Positions 48,134-59,544 of a stretch of 64,000 bases of DNA are shown here, piece after piece; the stretch's first letter is position 1; every line of letters starts with the position of its first letter. The translations under genes were made by a program, and so were the position numbers. The notes beneath the pieces are model-generated. The model saw nothing but the letters and a program-made list of their open reading frames with translations, had not been told where the DNA came from and searched no databases. This stretch comes from Candidatus Nanopelagicales bacterium (lineage in GTDB: Bacteria > Actinomycetota > Actinomycetes > S36-B12): NCBI GenBank assembly GCA_009694585.1, contig SHUQ01000002.1, positions 3,947 through 67,946 of the forward strand, read 5' to 3'.

Positions 48134-48553
48134 ATGAGCAAACTGAGGAAATTCACTGCAATTGTGACCGCAGCAGCGGCGCTCACCCTAGGGGTTACCG
48201 CCACCAGCGGGGCGGCGTCCTTAACTAAGAACCCAGACCCGACCTTGGTGGTACTTCGGGTACCAACCAAGGTATGGATAACTGACGGCGAGGCCATAGT
48301 CCTGTCGCAGGAGACCAACAAGACCACCGGATACTCCTGGACCGTCAAAGTCACCGGTGACACGTCGGCCGTAAAGGTAGATGCGGGCCAATACGAGGCC
48401 CCGGCAAGTACCGGAATGGTCGGGGTAGCCGGGACCACCACTTGGTACATCAAGGCGCTGGCCCCGGGCCAAGCCGTTCTGAAATTGGTCGCCACCCCAC
48501 CTGGCGGCGGGACCGCAACCGTCAAGAAATTGACCGTTACGGTCACCAACTAG
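48134..48553 (+). CDS. Secreted chagasin-like peptidase inhibitor (family I42)
   Basis: Signal peptide; NKTTGYSW (cf. NPTTGYxW) and MVGVAG loops; KALAPGQAVLKL. Confidence 0.75.
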   Translation: MSKLRKFTAIVTAAAALTLGVTATSGAASLTKNPDPTLVVLRVPTKVWITDGEAIVLSQETNKTTGYSWTVKVTGDTSAVKVDAGQYEAPASTGMVGVAGTTTWYIKALAPGQAVLKLVATPPGGGTATVKKLTVTVTN

Positions 48554-48625
48554 CCGGTAGCCAGCACCGCGGCCGTGGGGCAGTGCCCCCCGGTGGTGCG
48601 GCTGCGCCAATGGTCCTCGCTGGGT

Positions 48626-48684
48626 GCGCGTGTTTTTGTCGTGAAATCGGCGAAAAAGCGGGTTTTCACGACAAAAACACGCGC
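48626..48684. repeat. Perfect 21-bp inverted repeat (REP-like palindrome)
   Basis: GCGCGTGTTTTTGTCGTGAAA-N17-TTTCACGACAAAAACACGCGC. Confidence 0.9.
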
Positions 48685-48884
48685 GTTGGTGTGCGGTTGC
48701 CCGGCCGAACCGGGGGGCCCGATTATGAGGAATCTAGGCCTGCCAATAGACTCGGCAGGCTGATGTGGGGCTTCCCCGTTCGTCCGCTGGCAAATTCTCG
48801 GGTTTCCGGGTGTTTCGGCGCGATACGTGGTGGTGCCGCGCGCCGCGAAAGTAGCAGTCAGCACACTTGGTGAAAGCGGAGGAT

Positions 48885-49106
48885 ATGGGCAAGAAGGACG
48901 GTGCGATCGAGCTCGAGGGCACGATCACCGAGTCATTGCCCAATGCAATGTTCCGGGTGGAGTTAGACAACGGGCACAAAGTGCTCGCGCACATCAGCGG
49001 CAAGATGCGGATGCACTACATCCGGATCCTTCCGGACGATCGGGTGGTAGTAGAGCTTTCGCCCTACGACCTCACGCGCGGCCGGATCGTCTACCGCTAC
49101 AAGTAA
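48885..49106 (+). CDS. infA: Translation initiation factor IF-1
   Basis: [25 protein letters not shown]. Confidence 0.99.
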   Translation: MGKKDGAIELEGTITESLPNAMFRVELDNGHKVLAHISGKMRMHYIRILPDDRVVVELSPYDLTRGRIVYRYK

Positions 49107-49159
49107 GACCCAGCGACAGATAAGACCCAAACTGACCGTTCAAACTCAAGGAAGAAGCC

Positions 49160-49273
49160 ATGAAGGTCAAGCCGAGCGTGAAGAAGATCTGCGACAAGTG
49201 CAAAGTCATTCTGCGCCACGGTCGCGTCATGGTGATCTGCGAGAACGTGCGTCACAAGCAGCGTCAAGGCTAA
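49160..49273 (+). CDS. rpmJ: 50S ribosomal protein L36
   Basis: Manual translation [37 protein letters not shown]. Confidence 0.97.
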   Translation: MKVKPSVKKICDKCKVILRHGRVMVICENVRHKQRQG

Positions 49274-49456
49274 TTGCCCTGACGTCGTAAGGCGGGCTTT
49301 CGGGGAGACAACCCGAACACCTGATAACTATGCAGAACCCGACCCCTTGCGAAAGCAAGGACGACACCTTCGGACACGAGGCCGAGGACCTGCCTTGGCG
49401 GGCAGGACTGGTTCTGCACCCAAACCCCGTGCATTAGAAGAAGAGAGAACGCCCCT

Positions 49457-49834
49457 ATGGCAAGACTTGTTGGTGTCGATCTGCCGCGCGATAAGCGCAT
49501 GGCGGTTGCACTCACCTACATCTACGGCATCGGCCGCTCGCAAGCTGCGAAAGCTCTTGAAGCGACCGGCGTGAGCCCGGACCTTCGGTCCCAAGAGCTA
49601 GGCGATGAGCAACTGGTTGCCCTTCGTGACTGGATTGACGTCAACCTCAAAGTAGAAGGCGATCTACGCCGCGAGGTTGCTGCCGATATCCGACGCAAGG
49701 TCGAGATTGGTTGCTACCAGGGAATCCGTCACCGTCGCGGCATGCCGGTTCGCGGTCAGCGAACCCACACCAATGCTCGTACCCGTAAGGGTCCGCGCAA
49801 GACCGTCGCCGGAAAGAAGAAGGTCGGCAAGTAG
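49457..49834 (+). CDS. rpsM: 30S ribosomal protein S13
   Basis: [25 protein letters not shown]. Confidence 0.99.
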   Translation: MARLVGVDLPRDKRMAVALTYIYGIGRSQAAKALEATGVSPDLRSQELGDEQLVALRDWIDVNLKVEGDLRREVAADIRRKVEIGCYQGIRHRRGMPVRGQRTHTNARTRKGPRKTVAGKKKVGK

Positions 49835-49883
49835 CCGTACCTTCACCCCGAAACCACAGACGAGAATCCCAGGAGAGCAATCA

Positions 49884-50291
49884 ATGGCCCCGAAGTCAGG
49901 CAGCAAGGCGCCCGCCAAGAAGGTGCGGCGCAAGGAGAAGAAGAACGTGGCCCACGGCCACGCTCACATCAAGAGCACTTTCAACAACACCATCGTGTCG
50001 ATCACTGATCCGACGGGCGCGGTCATCGCATGGGCGAGCGCCGGGCAAGTTGGCTTCAAGGGCAGCCGCAAGTCCACCCCCTTCGCGGCGCAGTTGGCAG
50101 CTGAGGCTGCAGCTCGCCGGGCGATGGAGCACGGCATGCGCAAGGTGGATGTCTTTGTGAAGGGCCCCGGCTCGGGCCGTGAGACCGCAATTCGGTCTCT
50201 GCAGGCAACCGGTCTTGAAGTTGGCTCCATTTCCGATGTAAGTCCGGTGCCCCATAACGGTTGCCGTCCCTCAAAACGTCGTCGCGTCTGA
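49884..50291 (+). CDS. rpsK: 30S ribosomal protein S11
   Basis: [23 protein letters not shown]. Confidence 0.99.
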   Translation: MAPKSGSKAPAKKVRRKEKKNVAHGHAHIKSTFNNTIVSITDPTGAVIAWASAGQVGFKGSRKSTPFAAQLAAEAAARRAMEHGMRKVDVFVKGPGSGRETAIRSLQATGLEVGSISDVSPVPHNGCRPSKRRRV

Positions 50292-50321
50292 TCGCGCAGA
50301 GAACTAGGAGAACAATTACCC

Positions 50322-50948
50322 ATGGCGCGATATACCGATGCGGATTGCAAGCGCTGCCGGCGTGAAAAGATGAAGCTCTTCTTAAAGGGTTCTAAGTGCG
50401 AGTCACCGAAGTGCCCGTTTGAGAAGCGTCCTTACCCTCCCGGCCAACATGGTCGTGGTCGTTCGAAGGACAGCGAGTACCTGCTGCAGCTTCGTGAGAA
50501 GCAAAAGGCTACCCGGATGTACGGCGTTCTCGAGAAGCAGTTCTCGAACTACTACCTAGAGGCACAGCGGCAATCGGGCAAGACGGGCGAAAACCTGCTG
50601 CGCATCCTTGAGTCGCGCCTTGACAACGTGGTGTTCCGCGCGGGTTTCGCTAAGTCGCGCGACATGGCCCGTCAGTTGGTTACGCACGGACACATGTTGG
50701 TTAACGGCCACAAGGTGAACATTCCTTCCTACCGCGTTTCGCCCAACGACATCGTTGAGGTGCGCGTCGGTTCACGCCAGATGACGCCTTTCGTTATCGC
50801 ACACGCCGAAATTGGCGATCGCCCGGTGCCGGCATGGCTCGAGGTAATCCCCTCGCAGATGCGCATCTTGGTGCACTCGCTTCCGGCACGTGCGGTCATC
50901 GATACCCAGGTCAACGAACAGCTGATCGTCGAGCTCTACTCCAAGTAA
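50322..50948 (+). CDS. rpsD: 30S ribosomal protein S4
   Basis: LESRLDNVVFR, LIVELYSK. Confidence 0.99.
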   Translation: MARYTDADCKRCRREKMKLFLKGSKCESPKCPFEKRPYPPGQHGRGRSKDSEYLLQLREKQKATRMYGVLEKQFSNYYLEAQRQSGKTGENLLRILESRLDNVVFRAGFAKSRDMARQLVTHGHMLVNGHKVNIPSYRVSPNDIVEVRVGSRQMTPFVIAHAEIGDRPVPAWLEVIPSQMRILVHSLPARAVIDTQVNEQLIVELYSK

Positions 50949-51028
50949 TTCGACCTTAAGCCACCCGGCTTGAGCTCACGGCAACATCGCGATGTCATAT
51001 ATAGGTCGTCGCGGGAAGGAAGTACATC

Positions 51029-52123
51029 GTGCTTATTAGCCAGCGCCCAATTCTTACCGAAGAGCCAATTAGTGAGTTCCGTTCGCGTTTTGTGCTCGAG
51101 CCACTTGAGCCCGGATTCGGCTACACACTTGGTAACTCTATGCGCCGCACGCTGCTCTCCTCGATCCCTGGAGCAGCGGTCACCAGCATTCGCATCGATG
51201 GCGTTCTGCATGAGTTCACCACGATTCCCGGGGTCAAGGAAGACGTCACCGAGGTAATACTCAACATCAAGCAACTTGTTGTTTCGAGTGAGCATGATGA
51301 GCCAGTTGTTATGTACCTGCGCAAGCAGGGTCCCGGTGATGTCACCGCGGCGGATATCCAGCCACCGGCCGGCGTTGAAGTTCACAATCCCGATCTGCAC
51401 ATTGCAACACTAAATGGCAAAGGTAAGGTGGAGATCGAGCTCGTTGTCGAGCGCGGACGCGGATATGTCTCGGCGACTTTGAATAAGCTGGCTGGCCAAG
51501 AGATCGGTCGGATTCCGGTTGACTCGATCTACTCACCGGTGCTGAAGGTGACCTACAAAATCGAGGCTACTCGCGTTGAGCAGCGCACTGACTTCGACAA
51601 GTTAGTCATCGATGTAGAAACCAAGCAGTCAATGCGCCCAGGCGATGCGGTTGCATCTGCTGGCAAGACCTTGGTCGAACTGTTCGGTTTGGCTCGCGAG
51701 CTCAACCTTGAGGCTGAAGGTGTCGACATCGGCCCGTCACCGACCGATTCATTCGTGGCGGAGCAGCTCTCGACGCCGATCGAGCAACTTGATATGACAG
51801 TGCGTTCATACAACTGCCTCAAGCGCGAAGGCATCCACACGGTTGGTGAACTCATCACCCGAAGTGAGGCCGACCTCCTCGACATTCGCAACTTTGGGGC
51901 CAAGTCGATTGACGAAGTCAAGGTGAAGCTCCTTAGCCTCGGCATGGCACTTAAGGACAGCCCGCCCGGATTCGATCCAGGCGCAGCCGTCTACTACGAA
52001 GATGATGATTACGACGACGCTGACTTCGAGCAGGGAGCTGTAGCTGAAGTTATGGAGCCCGCGGTTGTCGTTGAAGAAATCGTCGAGGACGACTCGGCAT
52101 TTGCCGAGGATGAGCGTCTTTAA
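51029..52123 (+). CDS. rpoA: RNA polymerase alpha subunit
   Basis: [31 protein letters not shown]. Confidence 0.99.
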   Translation: MLISQRPILTEEPISEFRSRFVLEPLEPGFGYTLGNSMRRTLLSSIPGAAVTSIRIDGVLHEFTTIPGVKEDVTEVILNIKQLVVSSEHDEPVVMYLRKQGPGDVTAADIQPPAGVEVHNPDLHIATLNGKGKVEIELVVERGRGYVSATLNKLAGQEIGRIPVDSIYSPVLKVTYKIEATRVEQRTDFDKLVIDVETKQSMRPGDAVASAGKTLVELFGLARELNLEAEGVDIGPSPTDSFVAEQLSTPIEQLDMTVRSYNCLKREGIHTVGELITRSEADLLDIRNFGAKSIDEVKVKLLSLGMALKDSPPGFDPGAAVYYEDDDYDDADFEQGAVAEVMEPAVVVEEIVEDDSAFAEDERL

Positions 52124-52165
52124 TCCAGTTGTAACCACTGATCGCATTTCGACAGGAGAAGCACA

Positions 52166-52732
52166 ATGCCTACGCCAACTAAGGGTCCTCGTCTGGGCGG
52201 AAGCCCGGCCCACCAGCGGTTAATGCTGGCCAACTTGGCAACTGCGTTGTTTGAGCACGGCAAGATCACGACGACAGAGGCCAAGGCTAAGCGCCTGCGC
52301 CCACTCGCCGAGCGGTTGATCACTTTTGCCAAGCGGGGGGATCTGCACGCCCGGCGTCGGGTGCTCACGGTGGTGCGCGATAAGTCAGTGGTGCATACCT
52401 TGTTCACTGAAATTGGACCGAGTTTTGCAACTCGTCCGGGCGGCTACACGCGTATCACCAAGATCGGACCCCGCAAGGGCGACAACGCTCCCATGGCCGT
52501 CATCGAGTTGGTGGAACCGCTTTCCGAGCAGGTAGTTGCAGAGGCAACCGCCGCGGCCAAGCGCGCCGCCAAGACGGCGACCCCGGTGGTACCTGTAGAA
52601 CCGGCTGCGCCTGTTGAAGTTGCTGACGTCGAGGTGACCCCGGTCGCCGAGGAAATTGCAGCGGAAGAGGCGGTTACTGGCGAAGTGGCTGGCGACGAGA
52701 GTGGCGCCGAAGCGGACTCGGACAAGTCCTGA
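52166..52732 (+). CDS. rplQ: 50S ribosomal protein L17
   Basis: [17 protein letters not shown]. Confidence 0.98.
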   Translation: MPTPTKGPRLGGSPAHQRLMLANLATALFEHGKITTTEAKAKRLRPLAERLITFAKRGDLHARRRVLTVVRDKSVVHTLFTEIGPSFATRPGGYTRITKIGPRKGDNAPMAVIELVEPLSEQVVAEATAAAKRAAKTATPVVPVEPAAPVEVADVEVTPVAEEIAAEEAVTGEVAGDESGAEADSDKS

Positions 52733-52751
52733 CCGAACATGATGCTTTGCA

Positions 52752-52788
52752 GCAGCCCGCGGCCGGATTATCCGGTAGCGGGTTGTTT
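52752..52788 (+). terminator. Hairpin after rplQ
   Basis: GCAGCCCGC-GCCGGA-TTA-TCCGGT-GCGGGTTGT followed by TT. Confidence 0.55.
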
Positions 52789-52800
52789 CATCTTGGCACG

Positions 52801-53598
52801 ATGATTCGGGTTCGGCTGGATATCGCCTATGACGGTCGAGATTTCGCCGGCTGGGCGCGGCAGCGCGAACTGCGCACGGTGCAAGGTGTCCTTGAGCAGA
52901 TGATCGCGAACTTAGTCGGCGCTGAGGGTGAAATCACGTGCGCGGGTCGTACCGACGCCGGTGTTCACGCTCGCGGTCAGGTAGCCCATGTTGATGTCAT
53001 CGGTTGGCCAGCCGACTTAGACACCTGGCGGCTGAATCGGGCATTACCCGAAGACGTCCGAGTACTCGCCATAACCGTCGTTCCGAATGAGTTTGACGCT
53101 AGGTTTTCAGCCCTTTGGCGCAGGTACACCTATCTAGTGTCAGATAGCCCGATCGGCCCTGCCCCACTTGACCGCGGACAGGTACTGCAATGGGGCAAAG
53201 AGCTAAACCTTGATGCAATGAATTCAGCATCAAGGATGTTGCTTGGCGAGCATGACTTCACCGCCTATTGCAAGATGCGTGAAGGAGCCTCAGCTGTACG
53301 TGAGTTGATAGATCTACGCTCGGAGCGAGTGGGCTCCGATGTTGTCATCACGGTTACCGCAGACGCCTTTTGCCACTCGATGGTGCGCAGTTTGATTGGT
53401 GCACTTTTACCGGTCGGCGATGGGCGCAAGCCGGTCACCTGGCCTTTTGAAATGCTAACTTCTGGTATCCGTGGAGCCACCGTGATGCCACCGTACCCAT
53501 TAGTACTCGAAGAAGTTGGCTACCCGCCCGATGATCAATTATTGGATCGCCAACTGCAAACTAAGCAACATCGGGTTTTGAGCGAGCCAGACGCGTGA
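52801..53598 (+). CDS. truA: tRNA pseudouridine(38-40) synthase
   Basis: AYDGRDFAGW, AGRTDAGVHARGQV, FDARFSA, FCHSMVR. Confidence 0.97.
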   Translation: MIRVRLDIAYDGRDFAGWARQRELRTVQGVLEQMIANLVGAEGEITCAGRTDAGVHARGQVAHVDVIGWPADLDTWRLNRALPEDVRVLAITVVPNEFDARFSALWRRYTYLVSDSPIGPAPLDRGQVLQWGKELNLDAMNSASRMLLGEHDFTAYCKMREGASAVRELIDLRSERVGSDVVITVTADAFCHSMVRSLIGALLPVGDGRKPVTWPFEMLTSGIRGATVMPPYPLVLEEVGYPPDDQLLDRQLQTKQHRVLSEPDA

Positions 53599-54293
53599 GC
53601 CATGTTGATGTTCAGCACGTAAGTTACAGCTTGCCTGATGGTCGAGTCCTACTAGATGACATCACATTTCGAATTCCTGATGGCGCCGTAGCTGCATTAG
53701 TTGGCCCCAATGGAGCCGGGCCAATGGCTCCGGCAAGTCACACCTACTTCGACTCCTTGCCCGGGGTGGGTCAGACCCAGATATTGAGCACCAGCCGGTT
53801 GGGGAGGTCTTTATCGCCCAGGTGGAACATTAGTGGGGCGGTGCGCTTGGGGTCACGAGTGCGGCCTGGGTGGTTCGCCCAGACCCACGTGCGGCCAGAC
53901 CTAGCGGGGCGCACCCTGCTTGAAGTACTTCATCGCGGTGATGGGCGGCGGGTAGGCCTGCCCCGCGAACTGGCAGCCCGGGCCCTAGACCGATATGAGT
54001 TAGCAATTGCTGGAGAGCAAGCTTTCGATACTTTGTCCGGTGGCCAGCAGGCGCGCTTTCAGATCCTGCACCTAGAGCTCTCTGGGGCCACCATATTGCT
54101 CCTTGATGAACCCACGGATAACTTGGACTTGGCGAGCGCTGAAGCCTTGGAAATAGGGTTAAATGCCTTCGAAGGGACGGTGGTGGCGGTCACCCATGAC
54201 CGTTGGTTTGCCCGGAATTTCGACCGATTCCTGATTTTTGGCAAGGACGGCTCGGTGGCCTTGGCCGATGAGCCGGTTTGGTCCGGCTGGTAG
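53595..54293 (+). pseudogene. Internally deleted ABC-F family ATPase
   Basis: First Walker A cut at GPNGAG; second Walker A (ANGSGKSHLLRLLA) in the -1 frame at 53720-53830; then LSGGQ, LLLDEPTDNLD, VTHDR. Confidence 0.75.
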
Positions 54294-54420
54294 TGCCAGT
54301 GGGGGTTTTACCCGGTTAGCGCACCCGATTTGGTGCCGACCGGCCCACGTGGGTACCCTTGGGGGTCGCACTCCAGAAATAGCAAGTAATCCCAACGAGC
54401 AAATGTAAAGGTGGCGTCCC

Positions 54421-54864
54421 GTGCGCACGTACAGCCCCAAGTCCGGTGAGATCACCCGCACTTGGCATGTCATTGACGCAACCGACATCGTGCTCGGCCG
54501 CCTCGCCTCCCAAGCCGCAACATTGCTGCGCGGCAAGCACAAGACCACCTTCGCGCCACATGTTGATACCGGTGATTTCGTCATCATTATCAATGCTGAA
54601 AAAGTTGCGCTGACCGGTTCAAAGAAGCAGCAGAAAATGGACTATCGCCACTCGGGTTTCCCGGGCGGTCTGCGCGCCACCAACTACGCCGAACTCTTGG
54701 AGAGCAATCCGCGCCGCGTGCTCGAAAAGGCCGTCAAAGGGATGCTCCCGCACAACAAGCTCGGCCGTCAGCAGATCAAGAAGCTGAAGGTGTACTCCGG
54801 GTCTGAGCACCCACACACGGCCCAGCAACCGCTGCCGTTCACGATTTCCCAGGTCGCTCAGTAG
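54421..54864 (+). CDS. rplM: 50S ribosomal protein L13
   Basis: [20 protein letters not shown]. Confidence 0.99.
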   Translation: MRTYSPKSGEITRTWHVIDATDIVLGRLASQAATLLRGKHKTTFAPHVDTGDFVIIINAEKVALTGSKKQQKMDYRHSGFPGGLRATNYAELLESNPRRVLEKAVKGMLPHNKLGRQQIKKLKVYSGSEHPHTAQQPLPFTISQVAQ

Positions 54865-54899
54865 TTTCCGGCCGAGCCAACACGAAAGGATCCGCGGCA

Positions 54900-55406
54900 G
54901 TGTCCGAGGCCATGATTGAAGAAGTAGATGTCGACATTGATTTAGATGCAGATGCACCATCGGAGTACACCTCCCAGACCCCGGATAATCGTGCGGTCGC
55001 CGCACGCGACATCGTGGTCGCACCCGGGGCTGCCATCGGTCGCCGCAAAGAAGCTATTGCCCGTGTGCGCATGGTTCCGGGTACCGGCAAGTGGACAATC
55101 AATGGCCGCGCTCTTGGTGAGTACTTCCCGAATAAGGTGCACCAACAACTTGTTAATGATCCGTTCGTGACACTAGGTGCCGAGGGCAAGTTCGACGTCA
55201 TAGCGCGCATTAATGGTGGCGGGGTTTCCGGCCAAGCCGGTGCGCTGCGGCTGGGCGTAGCCCGAGCCCTGAACGGCATCGACACTGAAGGTAACCGCCC
55301 GAGCCTGAAGAAGGCCGGATTCTTGACCCGCGACCCACGTATCAAGGAGCGCAAGAAGTACGGCCTGAAGAAGGCCCGTAAGGCTCCCCAGTACAGCAAG
55401 CGCTAA
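54900..55406 (+). CDS. rpsI: 30S ribosomal protein S9
   Basis: [21 protein letters not shown]. Confidence 0.99.
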   Translation: MSEAMIEEVDVDIDLDADAPSEYTSQTPDNRAVAARDIVVAPGAAIGRRKEAIARVRMVPGTGKWTINGRALGEYFPNKVHQQLVNDPFVTLGAEGKFDVIARINGGGVSGQAGALRLGVARALNGIDTEGNRPSLKKAGFLTRDPRIKERKKYGLKKARKAPQYSKR

Positions 55407-55410
55407 TCCA

Positions 55411-56760
55411 TTGGGCCGGCTCTTCGGTACCGATGGTGTTCGAGGCCTGGCGAATCGAGATCTGACAGCGGAAGTCGCTTTAGATCTTTCGGTTGCTGCT
55501 GCACATGTACTCGGTGACGTGGGGGCTTTTGCCGGGCACCGACCCAGAGCAGTTGTTGGTCGTGACACGCGCGCAAGCGGTGAGTTCCTGGAAGCCGCGG
55601 TTGTCGCTGGCCTAGCTAGCGCCGGCGTTGATGTGATCTTGCTTGGAGTCGTCCCGACTCCTGCAGTCGCGTATCTAGTCAGTTACCTAGATGCTGATCT
55701 TGGGGTCATGTTGTCGGCCTCGCACAATCCGATGCCGGATAACGGCATCAAGTTCTTCAATCGCGGCGGGTTTAAGCTTGACGACGAGATCGAGGACACC
55801 ATTGAGGCGCGCCTGAGCGAACCGTGGGATCGACCAATCGGTGATCAGGTGGGTCGGGTGCGCGTAGACCATGGCGCGATAGATGCTTATGAGCAGCATT
55901 TGCTCGACACCTTGTCAAATGATCTCACCGGGTTGAAGATTGTTGTTGACTGCGCCAACGGAGCTGCGTCAGTCATTGCCCCCGAGGTCTTGCGAAGAGC
56001 CGGTGCCGAAGTTATTGCGATCCACGCGTCACCTGATGGGCTCAATATCAATGACGGCTGCGGCAGCACCCATCTCGAAGACCTGGTAGCGGCAGTGCTC
56101 GAGCATGGCGCCGATGCTGGTATCGCACATGATGGTGACGCTGACCGATGCCTAGCTGTTGACGAACTTGGACAGATTGTCGACGGAGATCACATCCTGG
56201 CCATTCTCGCGATGTCCATGCGCGATGCCGGTCGGCTGGTCGAGAACACCGTCGTTTCTACGGTCATGGCCAATCTAGGTTTTAAAATCGCAATGCACGA
56301 GGCAAATATTTTGGTGGTCGAAACCTCAGTCGGCGATCGCTATGTGCTTGAGGAGATGCGGGCGAACGGTTTGGTTCTTGGCGGCGAGCAAAGCGGTCAC
56401 ATAGTGATGAGTGACTTTGCAACTACCGGCGACGGACTTCTCACGGCCCTACATTTACTTGCTCGGGTAGCACAAACGGGAAGGTCACTAGGTCAACTTG
56501 CTACGGCGGTAACCAAACTTCCGCAGGTGCTGATAAACGTCGAAGGTGTCGATCGCTCCCGACTTGCCGGCTGCATTGAGGTGGACGAAGCGGTGGCTCA
56601 CGGCGCGTCCCTCTTGGGTGAAAAGGGGCGAATATTGCTGCGGCCATCGGGCACCGAACCGGTTATTCGAGTAATGGTTGAAGCCCCCACTTTGGAGCAG
56701 GCTCAAAATATTACTGAGTCGATCGCGTCGGTCGTTCGCGCTGCGCTAGCCGTGAATTAA
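55411..56760 (+). CDS. glmM: Phosphoglucosamine mutase
   Basis: [28 protein letters not shown]. Confidence 0.97.
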   Translation: MGRLFGTDGVRGLANRDLTAEVALDLSVAAAHVLGDVGAFAGHRPRAVVGRDTRASGEFLEAAVVAGLASAGVDVILLGVVPTPAVAYLVSYLDADLGVMLSASHNPMPDNGIKFFNRGGFKLDDEIEDTIEARLSEPWDRPIGDQVGRVRVDHGAIDAYEQHLLDTLSNDLTGLKIVVDCANGAASVIAPEVLRRAGAEVIAIHASPDGLNINDGCGSTHLEDLVAAVLEHGADAGIAHDGDADRCLAVDELGQIVDGDHILAILAMSMRDAGRLVENTVVSTVMANLGFKIAMHEANILVVETSVGDRYVLEEMRANGLVLGGEQSGHIVMSDFATTGDGLLTALHLLARVAQTGRSLGQLATAVTKLPQVLINVEGVDRSRLAGCIEVDEAVAHGASLLGEKGRILLRPSGTEPVIRVMVEAPTLEQAQNITESIASVVRAALAVN

Positions 56761-57673
56761 CCCGCGCCCATATCGCTTGTTGAAATAGCAAGGTGAGCCA
56801 ACCGGCGATCGCCATCCCGCCAATATTGATACCAAGTTGTGTGGCGCTGCCGATAACTTCATTCCACAGACCGAATACGGTGGCGATCGCGATATTGCCC
56901 GAAGCCGGAATCGTAGTGACGGAAATGAAGACACCGACAAGTCCGCTGGTGCGCGATGAAGTTAATGACAACACCCCGGCCGCACCAGCGACAATGGCCA
57001 CCAGGAATGACCACCAGTTGGGGCTGTAGATAAATGAGGTCCCCGGACTGGGCTTTAGCACATCGACCTCGGTGATGAAGCCAAAGCCCTTGGCCGCAAG
57101 TGCTAGGGCGGTAACGACCCCAATCGATACGGCGAACCCGATAAGCAAGGTGCGTAGTGCCTGCCGAAATAGGTTCGGTCGCCGCTTTATCAGCGCCAGC
57201 CCAAGAGTGGCGATTGCCGTGAATTCCGGACCCAACACCATCGCCCCGATTACGAGGATCACCGAATCGGTAACGATGGCGATAGCGGCTAACAAAGTGG
57301 CGAGAATCATGAAACTGAGATACGTCCAGGTTAGTTGGGTGTCGTCATATGCACGCTCGATGACCTCAGCCCAAACAACGGCATCAGGACCACTACCAGG
57401 TGCATTGCGCTCAGCGTTAAGACCGCTCTGGGAGATCCAGGTATTAACCGGAACAAGTTGAATAGTGCCTAATTCTTGGACCCCGAGTGCGGTGAGTTTG
57501 GCCACCAGATCATTGGCAGCCTCCCGCGGAATATCAGCCCAAATCACGTCACCGACCGGTTTGGAGCTAGCTCCTGGCCAAATGGTCAGACTGCTGATGG
57601 TCGGGTCAGCCTCTAAAACGGCGACGGCCGCTGCTGCTAGGTCGGTCGGGCAGGACAAGCGCAAAGTGAGCAC
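56711..57673 (-). CDS. DUF389 family membrane protein
   Basis: [29 protein letters not shown]; multiple TM helices. Confidence 0.85.
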   Translation of the reverse strand: MLTLRLSCPTDLAAAAVAVLEADPTISSLTIWPGASSKPVGDVIWADIPREAANDLVAKLTALGVQELGTIQLVPVNTWISQSGLNAERNAPGSGPDAVVWAEVIERAYDDTQLTWTYLSFMILATLLAAIAIVTDSVILVIGAMVLGPEFTAIATLGLALIKRRPNLFRQALRTLLIGFAVSIGVVTALALAAKGFGFITEVDVLKPSPGTSFIYSPNWWSFLVAIVAGAAGVLSLTSSRTSGLVGVFISVTTIPASGNIAIATVFGLWNEVIGSATQLGINIGGMAIAGWLTLLFQQAIWARVNSRLAQRERPTRSTQ

Positions 57674-57690
57674 CCTCTACTCTGGCACCT

Positions 57691-59541
57691 ATGTGCGGAA
57701 TTGTTGGGTATGTCGGCAAGAAGCAGGCACTGGAAGTCGTGGTGGCGGGCCTGCGCCGAATGGAGTACCGGGGTTACGACTCTGCTGGTATCGCGGTTAT
57801 CTCCGCCGGGCGCCTCGAAATTCGCAAGAAAGCCGGCAAATTGGTCAATTTGGAGACTTTGCTGGGGTCGGACCCACTTCCAGATTCGACCACCGGCATC
57901 GGACACACTCGGTGGGCAACCCACGGCGGCCCGACCGACTCCAATGCACACCCTCATGTCAGTGAGGACGGCACGATTGCAGTGATCCACAACGGCATCA
58001 TCGAGAACTTCGCTGAACTGCGAGGTGAACTAGTCGCGGCCGGCGTCACCTTGACTTCGGAGACCGATACCGAAGTGGTGGCACATTTATTGGCGAAGAC
58101 CCTGCCAGATACCAGCGATGATCTAGTCGAAGCCATGCGCAGAGTTTGTGGGCGGCTGGAGGGCGCGTTCACCTTGGTCGCGCTTGATCCTAGGCAACCA
58201 GACCTGGTGGTAGGCGCTCGACGCAATTCACCCCTGGTGGTCGGTATTGGTGTTGGTGAGAACTTCCTAGCCTCGGATGTTTCTGCTTTTGTTGATCACA
58301 CTCGCAATGCTCTGGAACTTGGGCAGGATCAAATCGTTGTGCTTACTAGTGCAGGTGTCAGAGTTATTGATTTTGCTGGCGCTGTCGTTGAGGCACGCCC
58401 ATTCACCGTCGACTGGGACGCCTCGGCCGTTGAAAAAGGTGGTCACGATCTATTCATGCTGAAAGAGATCGCCGAGCAGCCGAAAGCGGTCGCGGATGCA
58501 TTACTGGGTCGCGTCGGCAAGGACGGCCGAATTCAACTTGATGAGATGGGCCTAGAGGATCAAGCGCTGCGCGACATCGACAAGGTCGTTGTAGTGGCAT
58601 GTGGCACCGCGGCGCACGCGGGAATGGTCGCAAAGTATGCGATTGAACATTGGACTCGGATACCTGTCGAGATGGAGTTGGCTAGCGAGTTCAGGTATCG
58701 CGACCCAATAGTCAATGCGCGATCGTTGGTCATCGCAATATCCCAATCAGGTGAGACCATGGACACTTTGATGGCTCTGCGCCATGCTAAAGAACAGGGC
58801 GCGAAGACTTTAGCTATCTGCAACACGGTCGGCTCAACTATTCCGCGTGAATCAGATGCTGTTATCTATACCTATGCGGGCCCGGAAATCGCGGTTGCTT
58901 CAACGAAAGCTTTTTTGACGCAGATCATCGCCGCCTATTTGACCGGTCTCTACCTTGCGCAGGTGCGCGAAGTCTTGCCGCCCGCCGAGATCGCAGCGGT
59001 GCTGGCCGAACTCGCCGATATGCCCAGCAAGGTTGACCTAGTGCTCGATACCGTCGAGCCGGTACGGGCATTGGCGCGCAAGTTCGCAGATTCTCCTTCG
59101 GTGTTATTCATCGGACGCCATGTTGGGTTCCCCGTTGCCCTGGAGGGTGCCTTGAAACTAAAGGAACTCGCCTATATGCACGCCGAAGGCTTCGCGGCCG
59201 GTGAGCTAAAGCACGGCCCGATTGCTTTAATCGAAGATGGAGTACCGGTGGTGGTGATCGTGCCATCGCCTACTGGCCGGGCGATTCTTCATGACAAAAT
59301 CATTTCTAATATTCAAGAGGTTAGAGCCCGCGGTGCTCGAATTATCGCGATAGCTGAAGAAGGCGACGAGAAAATCTCGGACTACGCCGACTATGTCATT
59401 CGGGTGCCAGCGGTGCCTCCTCTCATGCAACCCTTAGTTTCAACAGTGCCTTTGCAGGTTTTCGCCTGTGAGATGGCTACGGCCAAGGGCCATGATGTCG
59501 ATCAACCGCGAAACCTGGCGAAGTCTGTGACCGTCGAGTAG
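57691..59541 (+). CDS. glmS: Glutamine--fructose-6-phosphate aminotransferase
   Basis: MCGIVG, EYRGYDSAG, GHTRWATHG, PRNLAKSVTVE. Confidence 0.99.
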   Translation: MCGIVGYVGKKQALEVVVAGLRRMEYRGYDSAGIAVISAGRLEIRKKAGKLVNLETLLGSDPLPDSTTGIGHTRWATHGGPTDSNAHPHVSEDGTIAVIHNGIIENFAELRGELVAAGVTLTSETDTEVVAHLLAKTLPDTSDDLVEAMRRVCGRLEGAFTLVALDPRQPDLVVGARRNSPLVVGIGVGENFLASDVSAFVDHTRNALELGQDQIVVLTSAGVRVIDFAGAVVEARPFTVDWDASAVEKGGHDLFMLKEIAEQPKAVADALLGRVGKDGRIQLDEMGLEDQALRDIDKVVVVACGTAAHAGMVAKYAIEHWTRIPVEMELASEFRYRDPIVNARSLVIAISQSGETMDTLMALRHAKEQGAKTLAICNTVGSTIPRESDAVIYTYAGPEIAVASTKAFLTQIIAAYLTGLYLAQVREVLPPAEIAAVLAELADMPSKVDLVLDTVEPVRALARKFADSPSVLFIGRHVGFPVALEGALKLKELAYMHAEGFAAGELKHGPIALIEDGVPVVVIVPSPTGRAILHDKIISNIQEVRARGARIIAIAEEGDEKISDYADYVIRVPAVPPLMQPLVSTVPLQVFACEMATAKGHDVDQPRNLAKSVTVE

Positions 59542-59544
59542 AAA

